Numbered from the whole stretch's first letter, positions 36,865 through 49,800 are shown. The stretch: 63,429 nt of DNA, filler included, from Lenisia limosa (GCA_001655205.1; 15 parts of 15 records of this genome joined end to end with filler, not necessarily neighbours in it), one strand, 5' to 3'. Notes: generated from the sequence alone by a model not told the origin. Program-made: numbers and translations.

Positions 36865-38925
36865 CTCAGATTCCTGGTAGTAATGTACTCCACAGCATGC
36901 CCCAGAGCTGCCAGGGCCGTACCGCCGCCCATGCCCTGGGCAAACTGTTCGCAGAGCCATACGTATTCCTGGGGTGAAAGGGGGAGTAAAACGAAGGAAA
37001 TTTCGATAACAATTATTGGTGTAAAGGTGCTAAAAAAAAAGGAAATTATATGAACAAACGGTTAAGAGACAAGGGTGCGGGGAGGGGAAGGAAATGATTG
37101 GTGAACTATCGAAATATATCGATGATTTATCGAGAAATTCAAATATTTTCAATTAGAGTGATGTTCCTTTTACCACCACCCTACCAAATGAGCATCGTTA
37201 CTTGTGTCAGCCTGGGCCTTTTTTAGACCAGAGAGGATGAGTTGAACGTGGTGTGGAGGGACGGCTAGGGGTTCGAGGTAAGGAACGGGGTAAAACAACT
37301 TAGAGATGCAGAAGAAGATGATGATGATGGAAGAATAAATACAAAAAAACGGGGAAGACGAAGAAGAAGAACAACAAAAACAACAAAGACAAAGAACCAG
37401 AAAAATTACAACACAGATCAAAAACAAGATAAAGAACAAAGCCTACAGAGAGAAACTGCCTGGCAAACGTTGATGTACTGTCCACATGTCTTGAAAACCT
37501 GGAAGAAAAATAAGGTTCGGTGTTAATAATGGCAAAACAACACATTACCTCATATCCACTTGAGTGATAATTTTCAAGAATACTCTGATATATGTATGTA
37601 GTATATGTAAATTATCTCAACAAAATCCTAGGCTTTTCGTTCAAAAAAAGATTGAATGTCTCGATAAATCCCGAAAACTATCGATATTTTAACGGTATTT
37701 TAAGGACTGAATGAAGCCCCAACTATATGATACCATTATACATATACTAGAGCTTCTTATCATACATACACAACCTATCCACAAAGCGTTTCAGTTTTTG
37801 TTCCAAAATACATGTTAAAGGTGCCAACACATAGTGATGATTGCAATGATGACAAAATATACCACATCAGCCCTACTTCATATATGAGGATTTGTAAATT
37901 GATGATAAGATNNNNNNNNNNNNNNNNNNNNNNNNNNNNNNNNNNNNNNNNNNNNNNNNNNNNNNNNNNNNNNNNNNNNNNNNNNNNNNNNNNNNNNNNN
38001 NNNNNNNNNNNNNNNNNNNNNNNNNNNNNNNNNNNNNNNNNNNNNNNNNNNNNNNNNNNNNNNNNNNNNNNNNNNNNNNNNNNNNTCGAAACCTTCCTGA
38101 GAGCACCATAAAAAAAAACAACTTTCCCTAGACCCCCCCTAATAAATGGGAAAATAGGCTTAATACCTTAGAACAGAATTATAAGTGCCACCCATATACA
38201 GTGACCGGGACAAGTATTGACCGATTTACTATGAATTATCCTTATGAAAATCGATCAAGAATTATCTCGGACAGTGTTTATTAGATTGATATATAGTATA
38301 ATGATATACTATGATATATGATATCACATATATAGGGCTTCACTTCGCTTCAAAAAAGACCGGTTAAACATCGATAGTTTTCGAGTATTTATAGAGAAAT
38401 TCAGTCTTTTTTCGAACCGAAGTGAAGCCCTAATCATATACGATATGTGATATGCATATCGATATATACACTACCTCTCCTCTCCTCCCACTAAATGAAA
38501 TTTTCCTGAGAGACGACGCGTCAGCCGGTTGAGAACACGCGGAAGCTGGGGGGTTATGGCATTTTTTTTTCTTTTTTTTTTCTTTTTTTTATTTTTCTTT
38601 TTTGTGTTGCATTCGTATTATATATATAGCTATACATGTAATTATGTATATATATTACTATAATACATGTTTTCAGAAGGAATTTGACTCGGGATTCTCA
38701 TAGTTTCCATATGGAAATGAAGAAGCATTTATGGGATTTGCATATTTTGAGCTTGCCTACGATCATAAAAGATTGAATGTTTCGATAAATCGACAAAAAA
38801 AACGATATTTTTCTATGGCGAACCCAAACCGTGATATTGTATAGATACCCCATACCAAGGTCTTCGATCATACGGGCACTGTTAGAGAGGTTCTTAATGA
38901 GGTAGCCGATATACTTCGATCGAGA
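36865..38925 (-). CDS. Hypothetical helical protein (partial)
   Basis: GT-AG-bounded exons: QSRSKYIGYLIKNLSNSARMIEDL; VFKTCGQYINVCQAVSL; VPPHHVQLILSGLKKAQADTSNDAHL; EYVWLCEQFAQGMGGGTALAALGHAVEYITTRNL. No domain recognised. Confidence 0.4.
37631..37720. mobile_element. MITE family A copy
   Basis: ta|ggcttttcgttcaaaaaaagattgaatgtctcgataaatcccgaaaactatcgata...gaagcccc. Confidence 0.75.
38199..38275. mobile_element. MITE family B copy
   Basis: ta|cagtgaccgggacaagtattgaccgattt...aaaatcgatcaagaattatctcggacagtg. Partial copies also at ~16010-16045 and ~31105-31162. Confidence 0.75.
38335..38430. mobile_element. MITE family A, full-length (96 bp)
   Basis: TA|GGGCTTCACTTCGCTTCAAAAAAGAC...GTCTTTTTTCGAACCGAAGTGAAGCCC|TA. 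Confidence 0.9.
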
Positions 38926-39287
38926 CTGCTCGGGTTAGTTGGGGGTTAAAGGGAGATAAAGGGAGATGAAGGGAGTTAGAGGTACTTGCTTTTGGTTGGT
39001 TACGGTAAGTTAAAAGAACAAATGAAAAAGATAGTTCTTAGACAACTACAAATGAGGATGGACACANNNNNNNNNNNNNNNNNNNNNNNNNNNNNNNNNN
39101 NNNNNNNNNNTTAATTAATTAANNNNNNNNNNNNNNNNNNNNNNNNNNNNNNNNNNNNNNNNNNNNAGCCGCGGCTCTATGCAGGTAATGGACGGGGGAG
39201 TGGGGTCAAGTATCTCTCTTCCCCTTATCGCGTGTGATGATATGCCTTCATTTAGGTGGAGGAAGCAGTGTATATTTACAAATTTAG

Positions 39288-41139
39288 AACGCACAGAAGA
39301 GCCTCAGCATGCCCCGTGCCTCGTCCTCTTCGGGCATCTTCACAGGCCCGTCCAGACAGAAGACCGAGCACTCCATGCGCAGTATGCCGGGGTTAGGCCA
39401 AGATTGTGTGCTATTAGGGCCAGATTAGGTACTATTAACACTGGGGTTAACTTTGGCCAGATACAATCTTATTTATTTTTTTTTCTCATTTCTATTTACT
39501 ATACTATTAGCGATGGTTCGGCTCATTCTCCCCCCCTTTTTTTATTTTTTCCATAAATATTCAATTTTACTCTGCCAGACAACTCAGGTAGCTCCGACCG
39601 CCTTGCGGCAGGCAACAAATATGACCGTCGCTCCTTCGGCCCCTCCTACAGAAAGAAGGAGGCTGAGCCCGTGGGGAGGGGAGGGGAGGGGGCAGTGCGC
39701 CTTACATTTTTAAGGGGGGTATTGCATTGCAATTAGTGCTTCTTCGGTTCGAAAAAAGACTGAATTTATCGATAAATCCTTGAAAATTATCGATATTTTA
39801 CTGGTATTTTTCGAACCGAAGTGAAGCCCTACTTGTAATAACAGTTGACTTCACGTTTTTGCCAAGAAACAAAAAAACCAGGGCTGACCTTTCTAGGTCA
39901 TGTCCGACGCTGACGCCAGCTCCAAGATCAAGGGTGCCATCACTGAGTTCCTCAACATTAAGGTATGTTGCGATTTGAGCTGCACTTTTGGTTCCAAAAA
40001 AGACTGAATTCTCGATAAATATCGATAATTTAGTTTCTTCATCCCTTTGACATGCTACGCCAGCTGATAGCGTTATTTTGTTAATTTTTTGGTGTGACAA
40101 ATGATAAATTACATCAAAACCCTTTCCCTTTTTTTTTTTTTGACACCTTTTTTCTGTGTTGTTAAAACCCTTATCCCCCCCCCTCCAGGAGACATCGGAG
40201 GTCATCAAGTCCATTGAAGAGGCCAAGAACTGCATGCCGCCCACCTTCGCCGTCAAGTTCATCAAGGAGGCCTACGACGCCATGTGCAACGCCCCCTCCA
40301 AGCTTCACGTGGGACGGGGGGTGACAGGCACTTTTCACTTGGGGGGGATCGAGATGTTTTTGAAGAGTTTGAGGTTTTACCTTTAGTCCAATCTTGATCG
40401 AAATTCCCTTGGTTTAAAGCTGCTGTTTTCAAACCCTGCAGTTTCCAAAAATTAGCCTAACAGAGTTGATTTGGGGTTAAAATTTTGTATTTCACTCACC
40501 AGGCTCCTGAGATCATCCCGCCCATGGTTGCGTCTGTCCTTAAGAAGGGCATCCCCCAGTTCACTGATGAGAACTTCATTGTGGCTCTTGATGCCATTCT
40601 CGTCGACCTTGACGACATGGTGCGTTCGCTTATTGTCCTTTTTCTCTTTTCTCTCCTTTTTATTGTTTCATATAGTATTTTATTTCAGATTATTTGTTTC
40701 GTGATTAATACCTTTACGCAAATATTCTTCATTGAAATTTCCTTCTTTTTACTCCCCTCCCCCACCCTTGTAGATCTGCGATTGTCCCCTTGCCGCCTCG
40801 CACCTTGCCGCCCTGGTTGTGGAGTGCATCGTCGAAGCCATTGTCGAGCCTACCATCGCTAACGAGCATCTGTGCTATAACAACGAGAGAATCAACCAGT
40901 CTAAGGTCCGTGTCGCCTTCTTGCTCCTCCCCCTTATAAATAACCATGTTTCACCCCCAACTACTAGCCTGGGCTTTGGGCTTAATCTTTGTTTCAGCAT
41001 TTTTACTCCGCCAGGTTGGCCTCGACATGATGAAGAACCTTTACAAACGAGTTGAAGAAGAGGCCTTCCTCAAATACGCAGTGTCCGGCTGTTGGATCAT
41101 CCAGGACTTCCTTTCCCCCATGCAACGCTCCCCAGCCAA
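39288..41139 (+). CDS. MA3/MI-domain protein (eIF4G C-terminal/PDCD4-type), partial
   Basis: Ser/Arg-rich linker exons, then KIKGAITEFLNIK|ETSEVIKSIEEAK...FAVKFIKEAY...|...LKKGIPQFTDENFIVALDAILVDLDDM|ICDCPLAASHLAALVVECIVEAIV, matching the MA3 pattern (EY/FL..D..E; L.DL.iDvP.A). Confidence 0.75.
39736..39829. mobile_element. MITE family A, intronic
   Basis: ta|gtgcttcttcggttcgaaaaaagactg...ttcgaaccgaagtgaagccc|ta, inside an intron of the MA3-domain gene. Confidence 0.9.
40680..40773 (+). repeat. Family D intronic repeat ending at a 3' splice site
   Basis: tttcagattatttgtttcgtgattaatacctttacgcaaatattcttcattgaaatttccttcttttactcccctcccccacccttgtAG. Related copies at ~36970-37040(-), 58640-59080 (interrupted) and 61015-61092(+). 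Confidence 0.8.
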
Positions 41140-41414
41140 GTATGTTCAGTTCCTCAAGAAATATCATTGTTTTCAACCCTCGTCTGTTGTTAGCCAACGT
41201 TGATTGTGGGCTTCTTCTTCCTCTTCTTTNNNNNNNNNNNNNNNNNNNNNNNNNNNNNNNNNNNNNNNNNNNNTTAATTAATTAANNNNNNNNNNNNNNN
41301 NNNNNNNNNNNNNNNNNNNNNNNNNNNNNAAATGAGAGTAGTGTTGTAATGCTATGTAGTGTATACTATAATATACTATATAACATATATATATGATATA
41401 GTATATAATATAAT

Positions 41415-41570
41415 ATAGAAATGAGAAATAAATAATAAGGTGGTATCTGGCTGAAGCCGTCCACACCATCACGCTTATCAGAAATATTGGATTATAGAAG
41501 TATTAATTCACCCAATCATTTGCCTTACAAATCTGTGCACACAACTTTCTGCGTGCCTCCCCACCATACC
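41415..41570 (-). repeat. Family E repeat, long copy
   Basis: Reverse complement of gggaggcacgcagaaag...aaggcaaatgattgggtgaattaatac...ataagcgtgatggtgtggacggcttcagccagatac. Related copies at 52170-52310(-), 60495-60622(-), 61212-61340(+), 16545-16605, 25972-26015, 36275-36325, 39450-39500 and 59841-59870. Confidence 0.85.
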
Positions 41571-41639
41571 GGTATATATAACTATATGGCCAATTATAAA
41601 TGCATCTGATTTATTGTGTCCAAGCCCATCAACATGTTA

Positions 41640-43246
41640 GTTCGCAGCTTCTCGTCACTCTCGGTGCTGGCACTCGGGTCATGCTTTTTGACCTTTCCGG
41701 TAACATTGTCCCTCAGAATGAAAAACCGTGGGGGATCTATTCAGTCTTCTTTAATTGAATTATGATCTTCCTGTGTCTGACGATTCAGGAAGAGAGGCCC
41801 TCCTCCCGCCCTCCTGCTGTGTGACATTGGCGATGCGGATGGGATTGACCTGTTCCCTGGTTGGTGTCATCAAATTGTGCCGCAATGTAACCGCATAGGG
41901 CTCCATAAGACATCGCCCTCGTCCGGTCCGTTGTGCTTCTTCCCGAGTTTGTCGGCCAAGAACAGCGAACAAGCCTTTATCGTGGGTGTTTCAATTGCCC
42001 ACCTTGTTAACAATGTAGATTTCTCTTTCTGGAGGAGACATTGTTAAAATCAATCTCCCGTCATCTCCAGCTGCTGAAACCCTCCCTCCAATCGGTTGGC
42101 AATAATACCAGTAACACATGGAATCATTTGCTATTAATGCAAGGCCAAAGCACTTACGAATGTAGATCAACCCACACATTCAGTTCTCCCTCCTCAACCC
42201 AGCCACCCGTTCTTCCTCTCCCCTCATCTGCAGGTTGGGGGGGGGGNNNNNNNNNNNNNNNNNNNNNNNNNNNNNNNNNNNNNNNNNNNNNNNNNNNNNN
42301 NNNNNNNNNNNNNTATTACAACGGGTTGCTCCAATACTTTGTTACCGCCCAGGCACTCAACGATGCCTCCGACACCAACATGCAGAACTACGCCACGTCT
42401 TTTCGCGTATGCGTGTAGTATCTGTTCACCGCGTTTCATCCTTAAGTACTCTACTGAACTGACACTACAGGATGGCGCTGCTGCTATGGGACTTTTGGGG
42501 AGTGACAACGTTTTTGGAAAGAAGAAAAAGAAGAAGAAAACTGTGAAGAAAAAGAAGAAAAGGCGACCTGTTGTGCGTGAAGCCGGACTGGTGAGCAGTA
42601 ATACAGTTTTCTATTTCACAACGCTCAACTCCTTCGATGAAAGTTACCCCCTCCCCCACAGGACCTGGCAAGTTTAGCTGACGATAGTTCATCCGATGAT
42701 GACGTCACTGAAGAGGAAGAGTCGGACCTGCCTTGGCGCGAGCTGCTCAGGGGACATGGTGGGGTGTTAATGTTTCGATTGGGCGGTTTTCTTCAACACA
42801 TCGTACTTACTCCGTAGGTTGTGAGGTGATTGCAGTTTTATCGTGTGGAGCTGGAGGTGCGTTGTTAGCAATCTTGTTAATTACCACTTTGTCTCATAGC
42901 TGATGACCAAGTGTGTACTATCTTCTGTTACTGAGCATTCGAACCCCAAAACTGATATCTACAATTCTTTTTGGTTTGCGTCACCCTCACCCCCAGGCCA
43001 GGGTATTACATCAGTTGACGAAAGTGGACATGTGTACCAATGGAAGTACCGCAGAGACTGGAGATCCAAGCTTGGATGGTTCCTTCCAAGCCTTCGCGAT
43101 AGGTGGGACCGAAAATGAGAAATTGAGCACTATAACTTACGGGGAGGAGAGTGCTTGCCTCAATACAGCCCACTCATACGAACAGACTAGACCTTTCCAT
43201 GACGTCTGTCAAACCCTCTTCGCCACCAGAGCAGATCTTTCCCCAG
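41640..43246 (+). CDS. Hypothetical protein with WD40-like segments and poly-Lys/acidic tract (partial)
   Basis: Exons LLVTLGAGTRVMLFDLSG; MGLLGSDNVFGKKKKKKKTVKKKKKRRP; DDSSSDDDVTEEEESD; GITSVDESGHVYQW. Phasing incomplete. Confidence 0.4.
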
Positions 43247-43890
43247 GTATGGTGTTCTCCCTAGCATTTACGATTAACGGGCCAGATACAACCTGAAGTT
43301 TTTTTGAAAAAGTAGTCTCAATAATATATCATATAATCATACTATTGTATCTAATACTATATCACATGCTATACATATAGCTATACTATGCATATCATTA
43401 TGTAGTATGTGTATAACTTTGCTTGACCTTTCAGGGTGGGCGGCAGCGGAGAAATGTGGCTGCCGACAAGGAACGAGGTGGGTTGACCTGGTATCTAATT
43501 TTATGATAAGATACAATAAACTCAAATCATATACAGGTAAGGGTCAGGTTTATGTTAACTATGGCAACAACACATGATGTAGTGCGATATGGTACATACA
43601 CCTCAATGAGCGCCGTTTTTGGGGGCTAAAATCTGCCTCCTCTGACTTGTCAGCTTTCGACCGCATTGCCNNNNNNNNNNNNNNNNNNNNNNNNNNNNNN
43701 NNNNNNNNNNNNNNTTAATTAATTAANNNNNNNNNNNNNNNNNNNNNNNNNNNNNNNNNNNNNNNNNNNNAACCGAACAAAAAACAAAAAAAAAAACAAG
43801 AGGGGGGGCGGTAAGGAAAGGAATGAAACAACAGGTCCAGTAAAATTGATTGAAAACACGAAATAGTCCCACAAATATCAAATACCGCAC

Positions 43891-44823
43891 CTGTCCCCGA
43901 TAGTTGTGGACATGCCGCCACCAAATAGTAAGTCGTTCATGGGGCCTCCCACTCTGAAATGGTTAGAAAACGAAAGGCCAATCCGGTAGATGACCCCTTT
44001 GCTCTTAATCACAGTAGATTAATGAAGCATGATGAAACAGCCAAAATTTTACACACAGAACAGCAAAGTAACGCAGTTCTTGGTATTATTGTGTTCATGA
44101 ATGGTATTTCTTCAAAGCAATTAATAAAATTATGCAGAAGGACTTCTTAAGGGTTGAAGAACCCACGAGAATTCCTTCAATTTCCATAGGGACGGCCAAT
44201 ACCCACCTTGAAGGGTCACTTTTGTTGCTGCTGTCCGAGAACGTTCTCCACTCCGTATGCTCGTCAATGAAACGTGCCTGATATTTCGAGTGAGTTTCAA
44301 GGGGAAGGGCATGATGAGTGAGAGTGAAGACAGAGTAACAACAACAACAACAACACCTCACCTGAACAATGATGCCACATCGCCCGCATATCCGGTCCCC
44401 TGTTTTGTGGTCTAAATGTGTCACACACAACAGTAGAGAAGCAATAGTGGATTAAGTGGGGCGCCACTGCGGTCTGAACAAAGACGGAATAACTTTGGGT
44501 GTTCTATTTGGACTGAAGTGAAACCCCAACAATAAATAAAGGTGGTAGGTGGAAACTGGCAAAAATAAGAATAAAAAGGTGGATGGTGGGCAGGAGCAAA
44601 AAACAAGAATAACATAGTAAGAAAGGATATTGTCAATATGACCACAAGTAAAAGTGAAATTCCTTGCCATTTTCCATCCTGGAGATACATACGCAAGGCA
44701 GGGGAAAGACAAATGCGTTATAAATAATTCGTCGCATTTTGACATAAATAAAGCGGTTAAGGAGAGGATTACCTTCAATGATTGCAGGATTTCCGCGACA
44801 CTCAGGGCATGATAATTCGTGTT
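43891..44823 (-). CDS. TFIIB: Transcription initiation factor IIB, N-terminal part (Zn ribbon + B-reader); rest lost at contig end
   Basis: Exons ~44823-44773, 44411-44362, 44277-44207 and 43953-43891 join in phase: LSCPECRGNPAIIEDHKTGDRICGRCGIIVQARFIDEHTEWRTFSDSSNKSDPSRVGGPMNDLLFGGGMSTTIG. Start codon unresolved. Confidence 0.95.
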
Positions 44824-45249
44824 TCACTAGTTTCGCGCTCCTTCAGAAGTGAGACAAATATCAACACAGAAACACTAGAATAACTCGATTAAGATATGAT
44901 ACGGTATTTTATACTAGTCTGGCTGCTGCTATCTTGTCGAGATTCAACGGATTAAAGATGATATATTCATTAGTGGAAAAGAGGAGGGGTGAAGAAAAGT
45001 GTCGTTCGGACCTCTTTTCATCATCCATGGTAAGGAGGGCATCGTTTTCCAGGACAGGGTGGCTCATTGGGCCGCCGAGATGAAGAGAACTGACGCAAAA
45101 TGGATGTTGTTTTTAGAAATAGCTACTACTCCTCCTTTAGTTTGCTTTTATATTAATCAATTTACACAATAGCACCACAATAAATTGATAAAACGAAAAA
45201 AGATAATTCTAAATTCAATTTTTTAAAAAGGGTTCCGGTCGCGTAAGTA

Positions 45250-45262
45250 TTTTGGCGCGGGA
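45250..45262 (+). promoter_or_regulatory. E2F-like site in the divergent TFIIB/histone-fold intergenic region
   Basis: TTTTGGCGCGGGA matches the TTTSSCGC consensus, ~125 bp upstream of the ATG at 45385. A single short motif only. Confidence 0.3.
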
Positions 45263-45384
45263 TTCTTTTGCCTTTTTGCCTATTCTTTTCCCAGTCAGTT
45301 CCCCAGGCATATACAGAACGTTAAAGAATTATCCCGTAAAAAAAAGTAGTTCAAGCAGAAACTTGAGTAAACATCAGCGCTGTC

Positions 45385-46582
45385 ATGGTCCAGCCAAAGA
45401 TCAGTGATTTGTTCAAATCTTCAGCCCCTTCCGTTCCTGTGAACGATGACACTGTCAAAAGGGATGTCGTTTTCAATCTGAGTCCTACAATAGAGGCAGC
45501 CTCGTCCTCAGACGTCGACAAAAAGGCAGACAAGCCGGAGGAGCCTAGTGTTCCTTCTGTCTTAGAAGCGGAGGACGGGCAGGTTGATAAACATGAAGCA
45601 AAGAAAGATGAAAAGAAGCCAAAAGCACAGAAGAAACCGAGTAAACCACGCGTTATCAAGCCCAAAGTCCCCCTCAGCTACCTCCCTATAACCTCCTGCA
45701 GTAAGACCCCCATGCCCGAAGCCATGTACAAGATCACCACTCCGCTGACAGCCCCGTCAAGGATCGACAAGGAGAAGAGAGAAGAAGCCTCCATTACAAT
45801 TGACAATGGTGGGGGCTGTCCGATTGAAATATCATATTTATCGAGAAATATCGAGGATTTATCGAGGGTTTTCTGAGACAGTCATCTCAGACTCTGCTCA
45901 GTGGGTGATATCTTGGGAGTAGTAATGACTCAGCTTTCATCACAAATTTCCATGCCCTTTACTTTCATATCTTCAGGCACTCGTAGTGTTAAATTTGACA
46001 GTCCTATTTTCTACTCCCAATAGTTGCTTTTTTACGCGAACCTCCAAATATCTACATCTTTCACCCTTTTCTGACATCCCTCCAACGTATTAGTGCGGAC
46101 AATCCTCGATGAATCCGGTGTGGGGTTCAAGAAGGTAGCAAACGAGCAAGCCACTCTCCTGGCTACGGCGGCGGTGAGCTGGGTCGTGGTTGAAGGGGGG
46201 AGGGTTAATCCAGGACATCACACAATTGTTTGGAGGAAATCATCCTCAAATGCCAATCAGTATTATTAGAGGGTCGATTCAGCTTTATACTAATACAATA
46301 CTCATGCATAATTTTTTGCTTTATTGTTGCTAACCCCCCCTCCCCCAGGAAATGTTCTATCTCCAGCTTCTTGATGGAGTGTCGCGGAAGGCTGATGACA
46401 AAATCAGCATGAGAGATATGAGTATGATGGGGGGACGGCGTCGGATAGATACGCACCTTTTTTTTCTTTCATTTCTCTATCATATAAATGGGGGTTAACT
46501 ATGAATATGATGGGGAAATGTGACAGTTTTCACTTTTTAGTTCACAGTGTCACGACAAAAGAGCAGTACAACTTCTGTGCTG
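45385..46582 (+). CDS. H2A-type histone-fold protein (NF-YC/POLE4-DPB3/CHRAC class) with long N-terminal extension, 3'-partial
   Basis: Exon 1 begins MVQPKISDLFK (PIP-box-like) with a Lys/Glu/Pro-rich extension. Later exons join in phase: VRTILDESGVGFKKVANEQATLLATAA|EMFYLQLLDGVSRKADDKISMRDMIHSVTTKEQYNFCA. Confidence 0.72.
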
Positions 46583-46801
46583 GTGAGTGGCCTGCTTTAT
46601 AGTTTGTTCGCCTTATTTTTGTAGATTTCTTCCCCCTTCCTACACGGAAAAATAAACAAGGCGAGGCGAAGGTATGGGCGAGTTTGTTTAAAGGCTCAAC
46701 CNNNNNNNNNNNNNNNNNNNNNNNNNNNNNNNNNNNNNNNNNNNNTTAATTAATTAANNNNNNNNNNNNNNNNNNNNNNNNNNNNNNNNNNNNNNNNNNN
46801 N

Positions 46802-49800
46802 GAGGGACTGGATTTCACCAGCGCGGCTGAGGGACTTTTGCTGAGCGTCTGCCAGGCTCTCTTTGAGGGACAACTCTATGGATTCAAGAGCTGTAACACG
46901 GGCCTATAGCGTAATGTATGAACTAGCATAATTTCAGAAGGGAAAAAGCAACGAAAACCCAGGGTAAATGATGATGGTCAAGAAAAACATGAATGTACCC
47001 TCCAACAACTGCATCGTTATGTTCTTTCTTTGAGTCGGAGAGTTTCACGCGGGTTTCCTGCAGTGAAGAATTGAGGACCTATTGTGATTATAAAGAAAAT
47101 AGTGTCGAATGGTTTGGAATGCTGGAACTATGCCGACCTCATTGTCGGCCTCAGTCCTCTTGGCTCGCGCTTCCGCCTCCATCAGTTCTTCCTGCAAGGC
47201 GTCTTGGGCGCCTAGATAACGGTAAATGGGAAGCAATGTTGAAAATTTTTGAATCATATTGAGAAACGGTCATCATATGATATCAACAATCATCCCCTCC
47301 ACCCTGCAAAGCTCGAGACACTTCTTGTCTGAGTGTTTCGACCTCATTAGTCGCCACACGCGCGCGCTCGTTAGCGTCCAACGCCTCTTCGCGTAAAGTG
47401 GCGTAATCCGCTTCGGCCTTCTCAAGTTTGGCACGGTATTTGTCGACTTCACTTACAAGGTCGACTCGGGAGTCTGGACGATCAAATTGGAATGGGTCTC
47501 AATGAAAAGACAAAAGTACTGTGTTTGTTGGATTTGTTGAGTAATTGAGGCTTTCCCCTTTCAAAAAAGCAGTTCCATATCACCTTCGACTATGCGCTTT
47601 GTCTGTGTTTCTCTTTCCTCAGCATCCTCCCGTGCATTCGCGAGGGACTTTTCAGCTCTCTCGTTGTCACTTTCAAGCGTCTTAATGACCCTTTCCAGCT
47701 CGAGAGATCGTGTTTCAAGATCAGCAACCTAGAGTAATAAATCCCAGGATATCATGAAAGAAATATGAATACAGGTTACTTCACGCGTATCATACCATTT
47801 TGTTTGTCTTCTCAAGCTGCTTCTCCTTGTTCTTCAACAAACCCTCCAGATCCGATATAGACTACTCAGTAAAACATTGGTGACAATCGCAAAAAAAGAG
47901 AGCTATCGACAAGTAGGAATAACCTGGCTCCTTTATAAACAATCAATTGTATACTGAACATCTGTAGTCGTAAGCCAGCTTCTATTAAGTGTTTCACAGT
48001 GAGCCAGCTTCTATTAATGCGATACGATGAGTCTCAGCCCCAATAAAACGATACCTCTCCCTACAGTGAGGCGAGAAGCCGAGAGAGCCTTGATATCCGC
48101 AGCCATTTGCGTGATGTTAGCAGAGCGCTTGCTTTGACTCAAGTCCGACCGGCTGAGAACGGACAATGAAAGGCGCTGTGGGGGGGGGGGGGNNNNNNNN
48201 NNNNNNNNNNNNNNNNNNNNNNNNNNNNNNNNNNNNNNNNNNNNNNNNNNNNNNNNNNNNNNNNNNNNNNNNNNNNNNNNNNNNNNNNNNNTATAATTGC
48301 GGGCTGGGGGGATATATACATGAAGCTTGCTCAAATTTTGAGGAAAACCATGAGAGAAATCGTGTAATACATGTACTATGTCTACTGGAAATAGTTGTAA
48401 ATCCAACTATATACCCACCCCACATTATCCATTGGGAGCATCAGAGACGATTGAACCCCCTCAAGCACAGCCTCGACAATGGCAATGTCTTTGAGGGCTT
48501 TTTGCCGCGACTCTTCCGCCTGGAGGTTCAGAGGGAAGAGAGGAATACTAACGACAGAAAAGATGATAAAAAACGCAAATCGCGAAAGAGCGATGGCACA
48601 ACATATCTAGTCATATCATATCGTATGTGTGTCGTTGGTGTCAATAGAAAAGGAGATTCATTCTTATTCATCCTCACTTCTACTTGGGCCTTCGCTCTAT
48701 GTCCGTTCAAATCATCCACCTGCATGGGTCAAAAGATGGGTTAAAGAATCACATTATCATGGGGCAAACTACCACTGACCACCAGGCTTTGCATTTCCGA
48801 TAAAAAACACCAAACACAGAGCATTAACCTGCTCAAATCTACACAAAAAAAACGCAAGATACTTACTTTCCTAGAAACAGCCTTACCCACTTGTTTCTGC
48901 AGGTCAAAGCGTTGCTGTGTGAGTCGCTCCACAGATGCCCTGCTTGCCTCAAGATACGCCTCGGATTGCTTGGCCTCCACCTCAAGTGTCTACATGACGG
49001 TTACAACTCATATTGACATTAATAGTCAAAATACATCCACATTACCATCATTCTCATAACATATTATATCATATACATTAGATAGGCATCATACAATAAA
49101 AAAAGCCTTTGAGGATTCATTTTGTATTCAGGCATCTCAGATACATTTAGCTACACCAAAACAGCAAAATATGAATCATCAAACCGAGATTTTAGCCTCA
49201 AGCCTCGCAGAAAAGTCTCCCATTGATCGAGATGCCTGGAGTAGGATTAATCGAGAAAATCAGCCCTTTTTCGGACCGACGTGAAGCCCAAACACTTCAA
49301 AGAATCGATATAATATACTGATATGAAGGTTTATTCACGTTAACTCTATAAAAAAGAGAAAGACCCACGCGCGATGCACGAGCCAAGCTACTGCGAGTGG
49401 CCTTTAGTTCCGCTTCCGACACGGACAATTCACAACGAAGTTCTTGGACACGAGCCTGTTGGCATGTGAATTGAGAAATACATACAGAACGCCAACAAAC
49501 CAGAACAAAAAAATAACTGCACTAATACTGCTGATAACCAAATTAACGAAAAGTACTACTTATCACAATTCAAGAAGTTCGTGGTATTATTTAAAGAGGA
49601 TGCAGTAGAGTCCTATGATTTGTGGCTGAGGGCCACACCCACCTCCGCATCACTCAGTTGCTGTTCAATCATTTCAGTTCTCTCGAGATGCGGTCCCTAT
49701 TGTTTGAGTGCGGAAATTGACACAAAGGAATAATATGGCTAACAAATCAATAGAGTTGGATGTTTAAATTGCAGACACAAAAGCAAAAACAAGAAACAGC

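Noticed and set aside
38335-38430. GGTTCGAA (tRNA B-box-like) in family A, suggesting a tRNA or tRNA-SINE
   Set aside because: The motif belongs to the TIR and appears at both ends; there is no A-box, cloverleaf or tail.
45351-45665. Minus-strand 104-aa ORF
   Set aside because: Antisense shadow of exon 1 of the histone-fold gene.
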